47,976 nt of DNA. It comes from a virus. Lineage: Duplodnaviria > Heunggongvirae > Uroviricota > Caudoviricetes. The notes below the pieces were generated by a model that worked only from the letters and a program-made list of their open reading frames with translations, was not told the DNA's origin and did not search any database. Made by a program: the position numbers and the translations under genes. The DNA lies in IMG/VR virus record IMGVR_UViG_2512047041_000006, one strand, 5' to 3'. Positions 16,851 to 25,996 of the stretch are shown in pieces. Within the stretch, counting starts at the first letter, position 1; each line of letters opens with the position of its first letter.

Positions 16851-18704
16851 ATGGCATTTAAACACTATGACGTGGTCAGGGCGGCATCGCCGTCAGACCT
16901 TGCGAAACGACTGACACAAAAACTGAAGGAGGGCTGGCAGCCGTTTGGTAGTCCGGTGGCCATAACCCCTTATACCCTGATGCAGGCGATTGCAGCAGAA
17001 GGTGATGTGGTCGTCAGTGGTGCAACTGAGCCGGAGTGGTACTACGTCATCGTACTGGCCGGGCAATCCAATGCCATGGCTTACGGTGAAGGGCTTCCGC
17101 TTCCGGATTCATACGATGCGCCCCATCCGCGCATTAAGCAACTGGCCCGTCGTAACACAGTGACTCCCGGTGGTGAAGTATGCGTATTTAACGACATCAT
17201 TCCTGCTGACCATTGTCTGCATGATGTTCAGGATATGAGTACGATTAACCATCCCCGGGCTGACCTGAGCAAAGGGCAGTACGGCTGTGTCGGACAGGGC
17301 TTACATATTGCCAAAAAACTGCTTCCGTATATCCCTAATAATGCGGGGATCCTGCTGGTACCATGCTGTCGTGGTGGTTCGGCATTCACCCAGGGCACGG
17401 AGGGGACATTCAGCGAGTCCACGGGAGCCAGTCAGGATTCGGCTCGCTGGGGAGTGGGTAAGCCGTTATATCAGGATCTGCTTTTCCGCACGAAGGCAGC
17501 ATTGCAGAAAAACCCGAAAAACGTTTTGCTGGCGATATGCTGGATGCAGGGGGAATTCGATATGACGAATGCCAGTTACGCCCAGCAGCCAGCAGCATTT
17601 CTTGCAATGGTACAGCAGTTCCGTGCTGACCTTGCCGGGCTGGCGGCGCAGTGTCACGGTGGAAGTCCGGCATCAGTCCCCTGGATTTGTGGCGACACGA
17701 CATACGCGTGGAAACAAGAACACGGTACGCAATATGAAGTGGTATATGGTGCATATAAAGGTAAAGAATCCCAGCAGATTTATTTTGTTCCCTTTATGAC
17801 CGATGGTAGCGGAGTTAATACACCGACAAACAACCCGTCAGAAGATCCTGATATTGCCGGGTCTGGTTATTACGGTTCGGCATCCCGAACGAACAAAAAC
17901 TGGGTATCATCAAATCGCCCGACGCATTTCAGCTCATGGGCGCGTCGTGGCATTATTCCCGATCGTATGGCAACTGCTATTCTGAACGTAGCCGGTCGCA
18001 CCTTAGCCTTCATTAGTGGTAAGGCACCGGAAATCAAAGCCTCGCCCGGCGGCGACACGCCATCGGGGCCGTCTGAAGATGCATCCATACGCACAATCTC
18101 CCTGTTGCCGACAGCCGGAGACGCTGCTGCGCAGGGCTGGAGCATTAAGAATGGCGGAATTCAGTTGTCAGATGGTGTATTTAAGATCACCAAGCAGAGC
18201 AATAAAGCCTGGTCCCTGACGCGCCCGGTGGATGACGCAGTCTCCCTGCTGACACGGGGTGGCAGACTGAGCTGTAAGTTTCGACTGTCAGGCGCACTGA
18301 CCAACAACCAGTTCGGTCTGGGAATTTATCTGTATACCGATGTAGCGTTACCTGACGTCGTGGCGATGACCGGGACTGGTAACCCGTTCCTGATGTCGTT
18401 CTTCACCCAGACCACAGACGGCAAACTGAATCTGATGCATCACAAGAAAGCAGGAAACACAAAGTTGGGCGAGTTCGGGAATTACAGTAACGACTGGCAG
18501 ACGCTGGAGCTGGTGTTCACCGCCGGCAGTGCCACGGTTACTCCGAAACTGAATGGAGTGGCTGGCCCGGCATTCCAGGTCATAAAAGACAGTCTGACAC
18601 TGGGGCTGAATGCGCTGACGCTGACGGATATTACCAAAAATGCAGCGTATGGCGTTGAGATAGAAAGTCTGGTGCTGGAGATAAATGCACCGGCATCATC
18701 ATAA
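16851..18704 (+). CDS. NanS-p-like sialate O-acetylesterase (DUF1737 + SGNH/SASA esterase)
   Basis: 617 aa; SGNH motif VLAGQSNAMAYGEG; N-terminal DUF1737-like segment; position between tRNA cluster and holin as in Stx-phage late regions. Confidence 0.72.
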   Translation: MAFKHYDVVRAASPSDLAKRLTQKLKEGWQPFGSPVAITPYTLMQAIAAEGDVVVSGATEPEWYYVIVLAGQSNAMAYGEGLPLPDSYDAPHPRIKQLARRNTVTPGGEVCVFNDIIPADHCLHDVQDMSTINHPRADLSKGQYGCVGQGLHIAKKLLPYIPNNAGILLVPCCRGGSAFTQGTEGTFSESTGASQDSARWGVGKPLYQDLLFRTKAALQKNPKNVLLAICWMQGEFDMTNASYAQQPAAFLAMVQQFRADLAGLAAQCHGGSPASVPWICGDTTYAWKQEHGTQYEVVYGAYKGKESQQIYFVPFMTDGSGVNTPTNNPSEDPDIAGSGYYGSASRTNKNWVSSNRPTHFSSWARRGIIPDRMATAILNVAGRTLAFISGKAPEIKASPGGDTPSGPSEDASIRTISLLPTAGDAAAQGWSIKNGGIQLSDGVFKITKQSNKAWSLTRPVDDAVSLLTRGGRLSCKFRLSGALTNNQFGLGIYLYTDVALPDVVAMTGTGNPFLMSFFTQTTDGKLNLMHHKKAGNTKLGEFGNYSNDWQTLELVFTAGSATVTPKLNGVAGPAFQVIKDSLTLGLNALTLTDITKNAAYGVEIESLVLEINAPASS

Positions 18705-18789
18705 AAAGTGAGCCAGCCAAATGGAAGGTATCGTTAAACTCACCGGTAGTGTCAGTGGGTCGTCTGAGATGCCTGCATGAGTTATCAGA

Positions 18790-18819
18790 GCCATCAGTAC
18801 TTAACTGGTGGCTTTTTTT
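18790..18819 (+). terminator. Terminator hairpin immediately upstream of holin gene
   Basis: GCCATCAGT-ACTTA-ACTGGTGGC stem-loop followed by TTTTTTT. Confidence 0.5.
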
Positions 18820-18854
18820 ATTGTTGTCAGCTTCCGGATAACGGGAGACGGGGT

Positions 18855-19070
18855 ATGTACCAGATGGAAAAAATCACAACAGGTGTGTCATACACCACGT
18901 CAGCGGTGGGAACGGGCTACTGGTTCCTGCAGTTGCTGGACAGGGTTTCCCCGTCTCAGTGGGCGGCAATAGGCGTGCTGGGGAGTCTGCTGTTTGGGCT
19001 GCTGACATATCTGACTAACCTGTATTTCAAAATCAGAGAGGACCGTCGTAAGGCTGCACGGGGAGAGTAA
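18855..19070 (+). CDS. S: Holin, pinholin class (S21-like), dual-start motif
   Basis: 71 aa beginning MYQMEK (two Met starts); two TM segments; C-terminus [22 protein letters not shown] matches phage 21 S as recalled; GGAG SD. Confidence 0.8.
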   Translation: MYQMEKITTGVSYTTSAVGTGYWFLQLLDRVSPSQWAAIGVLGSLLFGLLTYLTNLYFKIREDRRKAARGE

Positions 19071-19074
19071 TTCA

Positions 19075-19419
19075 ATGACTCAAAACTATGAACTGATTGT
19101 GAAAGGGATCCGCAATTTTGAGAATAAAGTTACGGTAACTTTAGCGTTACGGGACAAAAAACGCTTTGACGGTGAAATTTTTGACCTGGACATCTCGCTG
19201 GACCGTGTTGAAGGTGCCGCGCTGGAGTTTTATGAGGCAGCAGCCAGAAGGAGCATCAGACAGGTCTTCCTGGATGTTGCTGCCGGGTTATGTGAAGGGG
19301 ATGAGCAGTCGCCGGAAAAGCGCCCCGTAATTTTAGAGGCGCAGGATGTGTTGATAACCTACAGAGGAAAACTACCGGGAATAATTACGGGTTCTCTGAA
19401 GAGTCCGCCGAAATGGTAA
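19075..19419 (+). CDS. Hypothetical protein between holin and endolysin
   Basis: 114-aa ORF, GGGGAG SD; protein-like composition. Confidence 0.45.
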   Translation: MTQNYELIVKGIRNFENKVTVTLALRDKKRFDGEIFDLDISLDRVEGAALEFYEAAARRSIRQVFLDVAAGLCEGDEQSPEKRPVILEAQDVLITYRGKLPGIITGSLKSPPKW

Positions 19420-19657
19420 TTTTACCAGCATATTTTTCATCCAGTAATACAGCAAGCCGCCTGAAAGAGTCTTGTTGTTCCTGAGACCATTTGGGATTGC
19501 ATGATTCAAACTGGATTGATGCCAGCGTTGATTGCATCTGTTCCCTTGGAATTGAGAATGCCAGATATGAGAAGGCGACGGTAAGGGTATTCACGTCTTC
19601 CCGAAGCCTGGAAATGCTGTCGAGCAACTCCTGTAGAGAAATGGTGTTATTGTCCAT
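19385..19657 (-). CDS. Hypothetical protein, antisense orientation within lysis cassette
   Basis: 90-aa ORF with GAGGA SD 8 nt upstream of ATG; convergent with 19075-19419 and overlapping it by 35 nt. Confidence 0.4.
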   Translation of the reverse strand: MDNNTISLQELLDSISRLREDVNTLTVAFSYLAFSIPREQMQSTLASIQFESCNPKWSQEQQDSFRRLAVLLDEKYAGKITISADSSENP

Positions 19658-19762
19658 AAATAATCCTCATGATTGTATTGACCTGTTAGCAGCCTGAGGC
19701 AACAGGCTGGAACTGATAAACATATCCAGGGCTCAGAAACCGATAAATCCTGATAAATATCC

Positions 19763-20296
19763 ATGAACGCAAAAATCAGATACGGCCTGTCGGCTGCCGT
19801 TCTGGCGCTGATTGCCGCTGGTGCGCCTGCGCCTGACATTCTCGACCAGTTTCTGGATGAAAAGGAAGGTAACCACACCACGGCATACCGTGATGGTGCG
19901 GGTATCTGGACCATCTGCCGCGGTGCCATCCTGGTGGATGGCAAACCTGTCGTTCCGGGCATGAAGTTGTCGAAGGAAAAATGCGACCGGGTTAACGCCA
20001 TTGAGCGTGATAAGGCGCTGGCATGGGTGGAGAAAAACATCAGAGTGCCATTGAGTGAACCCCAGAAAGCGGGGATCGCGTCATTCTGTCCGTACAACAT
20101 TGGTCCCGGTAAGTGTTTCCCGTCGACGTTTTATAAACGAATTAATGCAGGTGATCGCAGGGGAGCGTGTGAGGCGATTCGCTGGTGGATTAAGGACGGT
20201 GGCAGAGACTGCCGTATTCGTTCAAACAACTGCTACGGTCAGGTATCCCGTCGTGACCAGGAGAGCGCGCTGGCGTGCTGGGGAATCGACAGATAA
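19763..20296 (+). CDS. R: SAR endolysin (GH24 phage lysozyme, R21-like)
   Basis: 177 aa; weakly hydrophobic Gly/Ala-rich N-terminal signal-anchor-release segment; catalytic E-x8-D-x5-T triad (DEKEGNHTTAYRDGAGIWT). Confidence 0.85.
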   Translation: MNAKIRYGLSAAVLALIAAGAPAPDILDQFLDEKEGNHTTAYRDGAGIWTICRGAILVDGKPVVPGMKLSKEKCDRVNAIERDKALAWVEKNIRVPLSEPQKAGIASFCPYNIGPGKCFPSTFYKRINAGDRRGACEAIRWWIKDGGRDCRIRSNNCYGQVSRRDQESALACWGIDR

Positions 20297-20386
20297 GCAG
20301 AATATTTTGCTGAAAAATAAGGTATGGCCACGCGGGCGGATAACACGAAATCCTGCGAACTGGCGAAACGTAAGTGAATAAAAGTA

Positions 20387-20424
20387 AAAACCCCGTTTGT
20401 TGGCACCAAGCGGGGTTTTGTGTT
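20387..20424 (+). terminator. Candidate terminator between R and Rz
   Basis: AAAACCCCG...CGGGGTTTT hairpin followed by GTGTTT. Confidence 0.45.
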
Positions 20425-20494
20425 TCCTGACTCCGGAAAAGTCAAAGGAGAAAGTGTGTTTGATTTTAGCAAACTGATTCGGGAGATTCGAGTG

Positions 20495-20593
20495 ATGGCT
20501 GAAAAATTATCCACCTGGAAGTTCATTCTTATCTGGCTGGTGTTTGTGATTATGGCCTCCGGTTATTTCATCGGTCAGATACGCTGGTGGTGA
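20495..20593 (+). CDS. Small hydrophobic peptide (32 aa) upstream of Rz
   Basis: ATG 20495 with GGGAG SD; MAEKLSTWKFILIWLVFVIMASGYFIGQIRWW; stop 2 nt before Rz start. Confidence 0.3.
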   Translation: MAEKLSTWKFILIWLVFVIMASGYFIGQIRWW

Positions 20594-20594
20594 A

Positions 20595-21061
20595 ATGAAC
20601 CGCGTACTGTGCGTGGTCATCATTGCCCTGCTGGTGGCCTGTGGTGCGCTTAGTCTGGGGCTGAATCATTACCGTGAAACGCCATTACCTACAAAGCCCA
20701 GCGCGACAAAAATGTCAGAGAACTGAAGCTGGCGAACGCGGCAATTACTGACATGCAGATGCGTCAGCGTGATGTTGCTGCGCTCGATGCAAAATACACG
20801 AAGGAGTTAGCTGATGCGAAAGCTGAAAATGAAACTCTTCGCGCTGACGTTGCCGCTGGTCGTAAGCGCCTGCGTATCAACGCCACCTGTCCAGGTCCCG
20901 TGCGTGAAGCCACCGGCACCGCCCGCGTGGATAATGCAACCGGCCCCCAACTGGCAGACACCGTTACACGGGATTATTTCACCCTCAGAGAGCGGCTGAT
21001 GACGATGCAGAAGCAACTGGAAGGGGCGCAGGAATATATCCGTACTCAGTGCCTGAAATAA
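20595..21061 (+). pseudogene. Rz: Rz i-spanin, interrupted by frameshift
   Basis: N-terminal TM part in frame 0 (20595-20726, 43 codons, ends NHYR-ETPLP..stop); lambda-Rz-like C-terminal part ([12 protein letters not shown]...) in frame 2 from 20678 to 21061; consistent with a 1-nt deletion near 20677. Confidence 0.7.
20814..20999 (+). CDS. Rz1: Rz1 o-spanin lipoprotein
   Basis: 61 aa; lipobox LVVSAC; Pro-rich; embedded in +1 frame of Rz C-terminal region. Confidence 0.8.
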   Translation: MRKLKMKLFALTLPLVVSACVSTPPVQVPCVKPPAPPAWIMQPAPNWQTPLHGIISPSESG

Positions 21062-21411
21062 GTTTTGTTGATGCGCCGTATCGTCGCTGTATTCCCTCAT
21101 TAACAGAGACCGCAGCCCGACAGGGAGACTCCTCTGCGCGAGTGTGAGGGGATAATCAAAAACGATACACACCGGGGTTTACCGCGTTAACGGAGCGCGG
21201 CGTTGTCCCCTCATAGTCGCCTGTCCGGTGCGATGGTGGAAGAAACCGGATGTTTATCACTATTAATTGATGACACAGAAATGGATTCATTGAATTTCAG
21301 CACGTTTTTGTATTCGTGTTATTGAACATCTGTTTATTTTACTTTTAACATATTGATAATAAAAAGAGCTGTAAATCTTTAGATGAGTCGATTTTGTCCG
21401 GGGAAGTTCAA

Positions 21412-21552
21412 ATGGATTTTATGCTGACGGTTTCTGGTGTGGTTATCCTGTCCATTGCTTATACTGCAGATAAATATGGCTGCCATTTGTTATCACGTAT
21501 TGGCGCTTATTGTTCGTTGATGCTGATTTTCTCGTCGCTTTTTTTTGAGTAA
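21412..21552 (+). CDS. Small hydrophobic protein (46 aa), hypothetical
   Basis: ATG 21412 with GGGGA SD; MDFMLTVSGVVILSIAYT...; in AT-rich island. Confidence 0.25.
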   Translation: MDFMLTVSGVVILSIAYTADKYGCHLLSRIGAYCSLMLIFSSLFFE

Positions 21553-21684
21553 GTTATATTAATTATAACAAATAATTTTCTGTGTTATTTTTTCAGGCTA
21601 TCCCGTCAGAGGGGAAGCCTGTACTGCCGGGGAGCGAATGGAAAACTGATGTGTCCGGTAACTGCGTGTTCTGTGAACACCATG

Positions 21685-21870
21685 TTACTTAATTATGTAA
21701 TTCATACCCGAACTCTCTGTTGACAGCCTTCTTCTGCAGGCTTCAATAACCCACGCTGAAAAGTTTCCTGAACCTTTCAGATCAAGAGCGATGTTAATTT
21801 GTTCAATCATCTGGTTTGGAAATCGGATGTTGCGGGTTGTTGTTCTGCGGGTTCTGTTCTTTGATGACAT
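21685..21870 (-). CDS. Ribbon-helix-helix-like small DNA-binding protein
   Basis: 61 aa; basic N-terminus then RFPNQMIEQINIAL...GNFSAWVIEACRRRL pattern consistent with an RHH fold; AT-rich surroundings. Confidence 0.45.
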   Translation of the reverse strand: MSSKNRTRRTTTRNIRFPNQMIEQINIALDLKGSGNFSAWVIEACRRRLSTESSGMNYIIK

Positions 21871-22043
21871 AATGTTTCCCCATATTCAGTGTTGCTGATT
21901 TGTATTATCTGAAGTTGCTTTTACGTTAATTTGATGCAGATCAATTAATACGATACCTGCGTCATAATTGATTATTTCTCGTGGTTTGATGGCGTACACA
22001 GTGAACCGCCCCGGGTTTCCTGGAGAGTGTTTTATCTGTGAAC

Positions 22044-22934
22044 TCAGGCTGCCAGATCATCGTTTCCGATGGAAGCATAATAAGCTTTTTCTGCTTCTGC
22101 CGGAGGAGTATGGCCCAGCCTTTCCAGCAATCGTCGATTGTTATACCAGTCCACCCACGTGAGTGTGGCCAGTTCCACTTCTGCACGGTTTTTCCAGCTC
22201 TTACGGTGTATTACCTCCGCTTTGTAAAGACCATTGATGCTCTCCGCCATCGCGTTGTCATACGAGTCGCCTGTACTTCCTGTTGATGCCAGTAATCCGG
22301 CTTCCTTAAGCCGCTGTGTGTAGGCCAGCGATACATACTGAGAACCTTTATCACTGTGATGGACCGTGCCGGACGGTCGACGGGCCCATAACGCCTGCTC
22401 CAGTGCATCCAGCACGAATGTCGTTTCCATGGACGATGAGACCCGCCACCCCACGATGTATCCGGCAAACACATCAATGATGAACGCCACATAGACGAAG
22501 CCCCGCCATGTGCTGACGTAAGTAAAATCAGCCACCCACAGCTGGTCAGGTCGTTCTGCCACGAACTGACGGTTTACGCGGTCGCCTGCGGCAACGGCTT
22601 TCCGGCTGATGGTCGTACGGACCTTTTTACCCCGGAGAACACCGGCAAGTCCCATAACCGCCATGAGACGTGCCACAGTGCATCTGGCCACTCTGATACC
22701 TTCCCGTAACAACTGACGCCAGACTTTACGCACACCGTATACCTTGTGATTTTCATCGTATACGCGCTGTATCTCTTTCTTCAGCCAGTCATCGCGCTGC
22801 GCACGGGCACTGCGTTTATCCGGATGATGTCGCTGTTGCTGACAGTGGTAATACGTTGACGGGGCAATATGCAGTTCGCTGCATAGCGGTCCGACCCCGT
22901 ACTGCTCACGCAGCTTATCCAGCAGTGGCATCAT
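22044..22934 (-). CDS. IS3-family transposase OrfB (DDE integrase domain)
   Basis: 296 aa, IS629-type OrfB sequence; start overlaps orfA end at an A-rich site consistent with frameshift fusion. Confidence 0.9.
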   Translation of the reverse strand: MMPLLDKLREQYGVGPLCSELHIAPSTYYHCQQQRHHPDKRSARAQRDDWLKKEIQRVYDENHKVYGVRKVWRQLLREGIRVARCTVARLMAVMGLAGVLRGKKVRTTISRKAVAAGDRVNRQFVAERPDQLWVADFTYVSTWRGFVYVAFIIDVFAGYIVGWRVSSSMETTFVLDALEQALWARRPSGTVHHSDKGSQYVSLAYTQRLKEAGLLASTGSTGDSYDNAMAESINGLYKAEVIHRKSWKNRAEVELATLTWVDWYNNRRLLERLGHTPPAEAEKAYYASIGNDDLAA

Positions 22935-23257
22935 TTTTTCCAGAGGCGGTCGAACTCCGCCTTCGCAAAATAAGCGGAAGCCTGGCGAAGGATATCGTTA
23001 CTGCGGCGCAGTTCACGATTTTCACGTTCCAGCTCTTTCAGACGCTGACGTTCAGCGGTGGTGAGCCCTCCATCACCGCCCCCGGTATCCCGCTCATGCT
23101 GGCGAACCCAGACACGCAGAGTCTCCGGCGTACAGCCAATCTTTGGAGCAATGGAACAAATTGTCGCCCATTGTGAGTCATATTCGCTCTGACTTTCCAG
23201 AACCATACGGACTGCCCGTTGACGGACTTCGGGGGAAAAACGAGTATTTTTAGTCAT
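22931..23257 (-). CDS. IS3-family transposase OrfA (HTH)
   Basis: 108 aa; leucine-zipper-like C-terminus; ends in TGGAAAAAATGA overlapping orfB start. Confidence 0.9.
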   Translation of the reverse strand: MTKNTRFSPEVRQRAVRMVLESQSEYDSQWATICSIAPKIGCTPETLRVWVRQHERDTGGGDGGLTTAERQRLKELERENRELRRSNDILRQASAYFAKAEFDRLWKK

Positions 23258-23390
23258 CCTGTTTACCTCTTTCTCAGGAAGTTTAGTCTCCAGGATTCCC
23301 GGGGCGGTTCACACATGTTGTGATAAACCTTATATAGATGATAATCATTATCATTTTCGTGGGTCCTTTCCGGCGATCCGACCGGTTACG

Positions 23391-23402
23391 GGGCGGCGAC
23401 CT
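23391..23402 (+). other. cosN cohesive-end site (lambda type)
   Basis: GGGCGGCGACCT preceded by ...GATCCGACCGGTTACG and followed by CGCGGATTTTCACTATTTATGAAAATTTTCCGG, matching lambda genome ends and cosB as recalled. Confidence 0.8.
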
Positions 23403-23586
23403 CGCGGATTTTCACTATTTATGAAAATTTTCCGGGATCCATGTCCGGTTTCTCTGCAAGTTAACCATATGAAAAATATAAAAACATGCTTTCCATGAAC
23501 CGGGCATGCGCAAAAAATAGACACTAAAACCGGACATGACCGGTTTTGTTGTGATTGTGAGGTGAGAGTTTTTTGCGAGGTGAGGA

Positions 23587-24096
23587 GTGGCTACGCAGAC
23601 TGAAGTTGCCAGGCATTTAAGTCTGACCGATCGCCAGCTTCGCAGATTGCAGAAATTGCCGGGTGCCCCGATATCGAATAAGCGAGGGCAACTGGATCTG
23701 GATGCCTGGCGCGATTTTTACATATCGTATCTGAGAAGAAGTAAAAACGATGTGCCTGATGGCGATAGCGAAGACGACTATGAGGAGAAATTGCTTATTG
23801 CCAGATGGGAACTGACAGCAGAACAGGCTGTTACACAGCAGTTAAAAAATGAGGTGTCAAAAGGAAAACTTATTGACACCGGGTTCTGTATTTTTGCCCT
23901 CAGCAAGCTGGCAATGGCGTTATCCAGTACGCTTGATTCCATCCCTTTATCCATGCAGCGACAGTTTCCTGATTTAACACCGCGCCATCTTGACCATCTG
24001 AAAACCCTTATTGCGAAGGGGGCAAATCAGTGTGCGCGGGCGGGGGATAAATTACCGGATTTACTCGATGAATATATCAGAGCAACAACTGAATAA
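23587..24096 (+). CDS. Nu1: Terminase small subunit (gpNu1-like)
   Basis: 169 aa (GTG start); similarity to lambda Nu1 (FC.F.LS..A...S.LD..PLS.QR.FP.L); directly downstream of cos. Confidence 0.85.
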   Translation: MATQTEVARHLSLTDRQLRRLQKLPGAPISNKRGQLDLDAWRDFYISYLRRSKNDVPDGDSEDDYEEKLLIARWELTAEQAVTQQLKNEVSKGKLIDTGFCIFALSKLAMALSSTLDSIPLSMQRQFPDLTPRHLDHLKTLIAKGANQCARAGDKLPDLLDEYIRATTE

Positions 24097-25996
24097 TATG
24101 ATGAGTGCTGTCACAACAGCATTACAGCCCCTGATAAGGGCATTGCCGGTGACGCCAGTTGAATGGGCTGATCAAAATTATTATCTGCCTAAAGAATCTT
24201 CATATGGTGAGGGAGAATGGAAAACGCTGCCGTTCCAGATCGCCATCATGAACAGCATGGGGAATGATCAGATCCGGACTGTTAATCTGATTAAATCTGC
24301 CCGTGTTGGCTATACAAAGATGTTGCTGGGAGTCGCCGGGTATTTTATTGAGCATAAATCCCGAAACAGTCTGCTTTTTCAGCCCACGGATTCTGCCGCT
24401 GAAGATTTTATGAAGTCTCACGTGGAGGCGACGATTCGCGATGTTCCCTGCCTGAAAAAACTTTCTCCCTGGCTGGGACGTAAACATCGTGATAATACCA
24501 TCACGCTGAAACGCTTTTCATCGGGTGTGGGCTTCTGGTGCCTGGGCGGCGCTGCCGCCAAAAACTACCGTGAAAAATCCGTGGACGTGGTCTGCTATGA
24601 CGAACTTTCCTCGTTCGAGCCGGATGTCGAAAAAGAGGGCTCGCCAACCCTGCTGGGGGATAAGCGTATTGAGGGCTCGGTATGGCCAAAATCCATTCGC
24701 GGCTCGACGCCTAAAATAAAAGGCTCCTGCCAGATCGAAAAAGCGGCCAACGAGTCGGCGCATTTCATGCGTTTTTATGTGCCCTGCCCGCACTGTGGGG
24801 AGGCGCAGTATCTGAAATTTGGCGATGAGTCCACGCCTTTTGGCCTTAAATGGGAGAAGGACAGCCCCGAAAGCGTTTTCTACCTCTGTGAACATCATGG
24901 CTGCGTGATCCATCAGTCTGAGCTTGACCAGAGCAACGGGCGGTGGATCTGTGAAAACACGGGGATGTGGACCCGTGACGGTCTGACGTTTTTCAGCGCC
25001 GCGGATAATGAAATTCCGCCGCCGCGCTCCATCACGTTCCATATCTGGACGGCGTACAGTCCGTTCACCACCTGGGTACAGATAGTCTATGACTGGCTGG
25101 ATGCACTGAAAGATCCCAACGGCCTGAAAACCTTTGTGAACACCACGCTGGGCGAGACCTGGGAAGAGGCCGTGGGCGAAAAACTCGATCACCAGGTACT
25201 GATGGATAAGGTCGTGCATTACACGGCGGCGGTGCCAGCCCGGGTGGTTTATCTGACGGCGGGCATTGACTCGCAGCGAAACCGTTTTGAGATGTATGTC
25301 TGGGGATGGGCTCCGGGAGAGGAAGCCTTTCTGGTGGATAAAATCATCATTATGGGGCGTCCCGATGAGGAAGAGACGCTGTTACGTGTGGATGTGGCGA
25401 TCAACAAAAAATACCGCCATGCAGACGGAACCGAAATGACCATTTCCCGTGTCTGCTGGGACACCGGGGGGATCGATGGCGAAATTGTCTATCAGAGGTC
25501 AAAAAAACACGGTGTTTTCCGGGTGCTGCCGGTAAAAGGTGCATCTGTTTATGGCAAGCCGGTGATCACCATGCCAAAAACCCGCAATCAGCGGGGCGTG
25601 TATCTGTGCGAAGTGGGGACGGACACCGCAAAAGAAATTCTCTATGCCCGTATGAAAGCCGATCCCACGCCTGCGGATGAAGCCACGTCGTATGCCATCC
25701 GTTTTCCTGATGATCCGGAGATTTTTTCGCAGACAGAGGCGCAGCAACTGGTGGCGGAAGAGCTTGTGGAGAAGTGGGAAAAAGGAAAGATGCGTCTGCT
25801 GTGGGATAACAAAAAGCGGCGTAACGAAGCGCTGGACTGCCTGGTGTATGCCTACGCGGCATTACGTGTGTCCGTGCAACGCTGGCAGCTTGATCTGGCT
25901 GTACTGGCAAAATCCCGGGAAGAAGAGACGACCCGGCCAACCCTTAAAGAACTGGCAGCGAAGCTGTCCGGAGGAGTGAATGGTTACAGTCGCTGA
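24068..25996 (+). CDS. A: Terminase large subunit (gpA-like)
   Basis: Starts MNIS..; strong similarity to lambda gpA throughout (WADQNYYLPKES, RIEGSVWPKSIRGSTPK, CPHCGE.QYLKFGD); overlaps Nu1. Confidence 0.92.
   Translation: MNISEQQLNNMMSAVTTALQPLIRALPVTPVEWADQNYYLPKESSYGEGEWKTLPFQIAIMNSMGNDQIRTVNLIKSARVGYTKMLLGVAGYFIEHKSRNSLLFQPTDSAAEDFMKSHVEATIRDVPCLKKLSPWLGRKHRDNTITLKRFSSGVGFWCLGGAAAKNYREKSVDVVCYDELSSFEPDVEKEGSPTLLGDKRIEGSVWPKSIRGSTPKIKGSCQIEKAANESAHFMRFYVPCPHCGEAQYLKFGDESTPFGLKWEKDSPESVFYLCEHHGCVIHQSELDQSNGRWICENTGMWTRDGLTFFSAADNEIPPPRSITFHIWTAYSPFTTWVQIVYDWLDALKDPNGLKTFVNTTLGETWEEAVGEKLDHQVLMDKVVHYTAAVPARVVYLTAGIDSQRNRFEMYVWGWAPGEEAFLVDKIIIMGRPDEEETLLRVDVAINKKYRHADGTEMTISRVCWDTGGIDGEIVYQRSKKHGVFRVLPVKGASVYGKPVITMPKTRNQRGVYLCEVGTDTAKEILYARMKADPTPADEATSYAIRFPDDPEIFSQTEAQQLVAEELVEKWEKGKMRLLWDNKKRRNEALDCLVYAYAALRVSVQRWQLDLAVLAKSREEETTRPTLKELAAKLSGGVNGYSR

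Larger units (their letters stand above)
22002..23311 (-). mobile_element. IS629 (IS3 family) insertion sequence
   Basis: 1310 bp bounded by inverted repeats TGAACCGCCCCGGG (22002-) and CCCGGGGCGGTTCA (-23311); orfA/orfB pair inside. Confidence 0.85.

Noticed and set aside
12084-20637. Chi octamers (GCTGGTGG at 12084, 14089, 14405, 15226, 20583, 20630) as evidence of special recombination design
   Set aside because: Density is within expectation for E. coli-like DNA; only the two palindromic occurrences (14404-14434, 15220-15233) are reported, as structural observations
21062-21990. bor-like lipoprotein gene expected on the minus strand after Rz, as in lambda
   Set aside because: No lipoprotein-like ORF with signal peptide and lipobox found; the region holds an RHH-like gene and a small hydrophobic ORF instead
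24518-25219. Long antisense ORFs inside well-supported genes (e.g. 7792-8640, 24518-25219, 33213-33896, 35263-35793, 37025-37762, 40086-40682, all minus strand)
   Set aside because: Each lies wholly within a lambda-like or replication gene on the opposite strand and has Arg/Pro/His-rich low-complexity composition typical of shadow ORFs in GC-rich coding DNA
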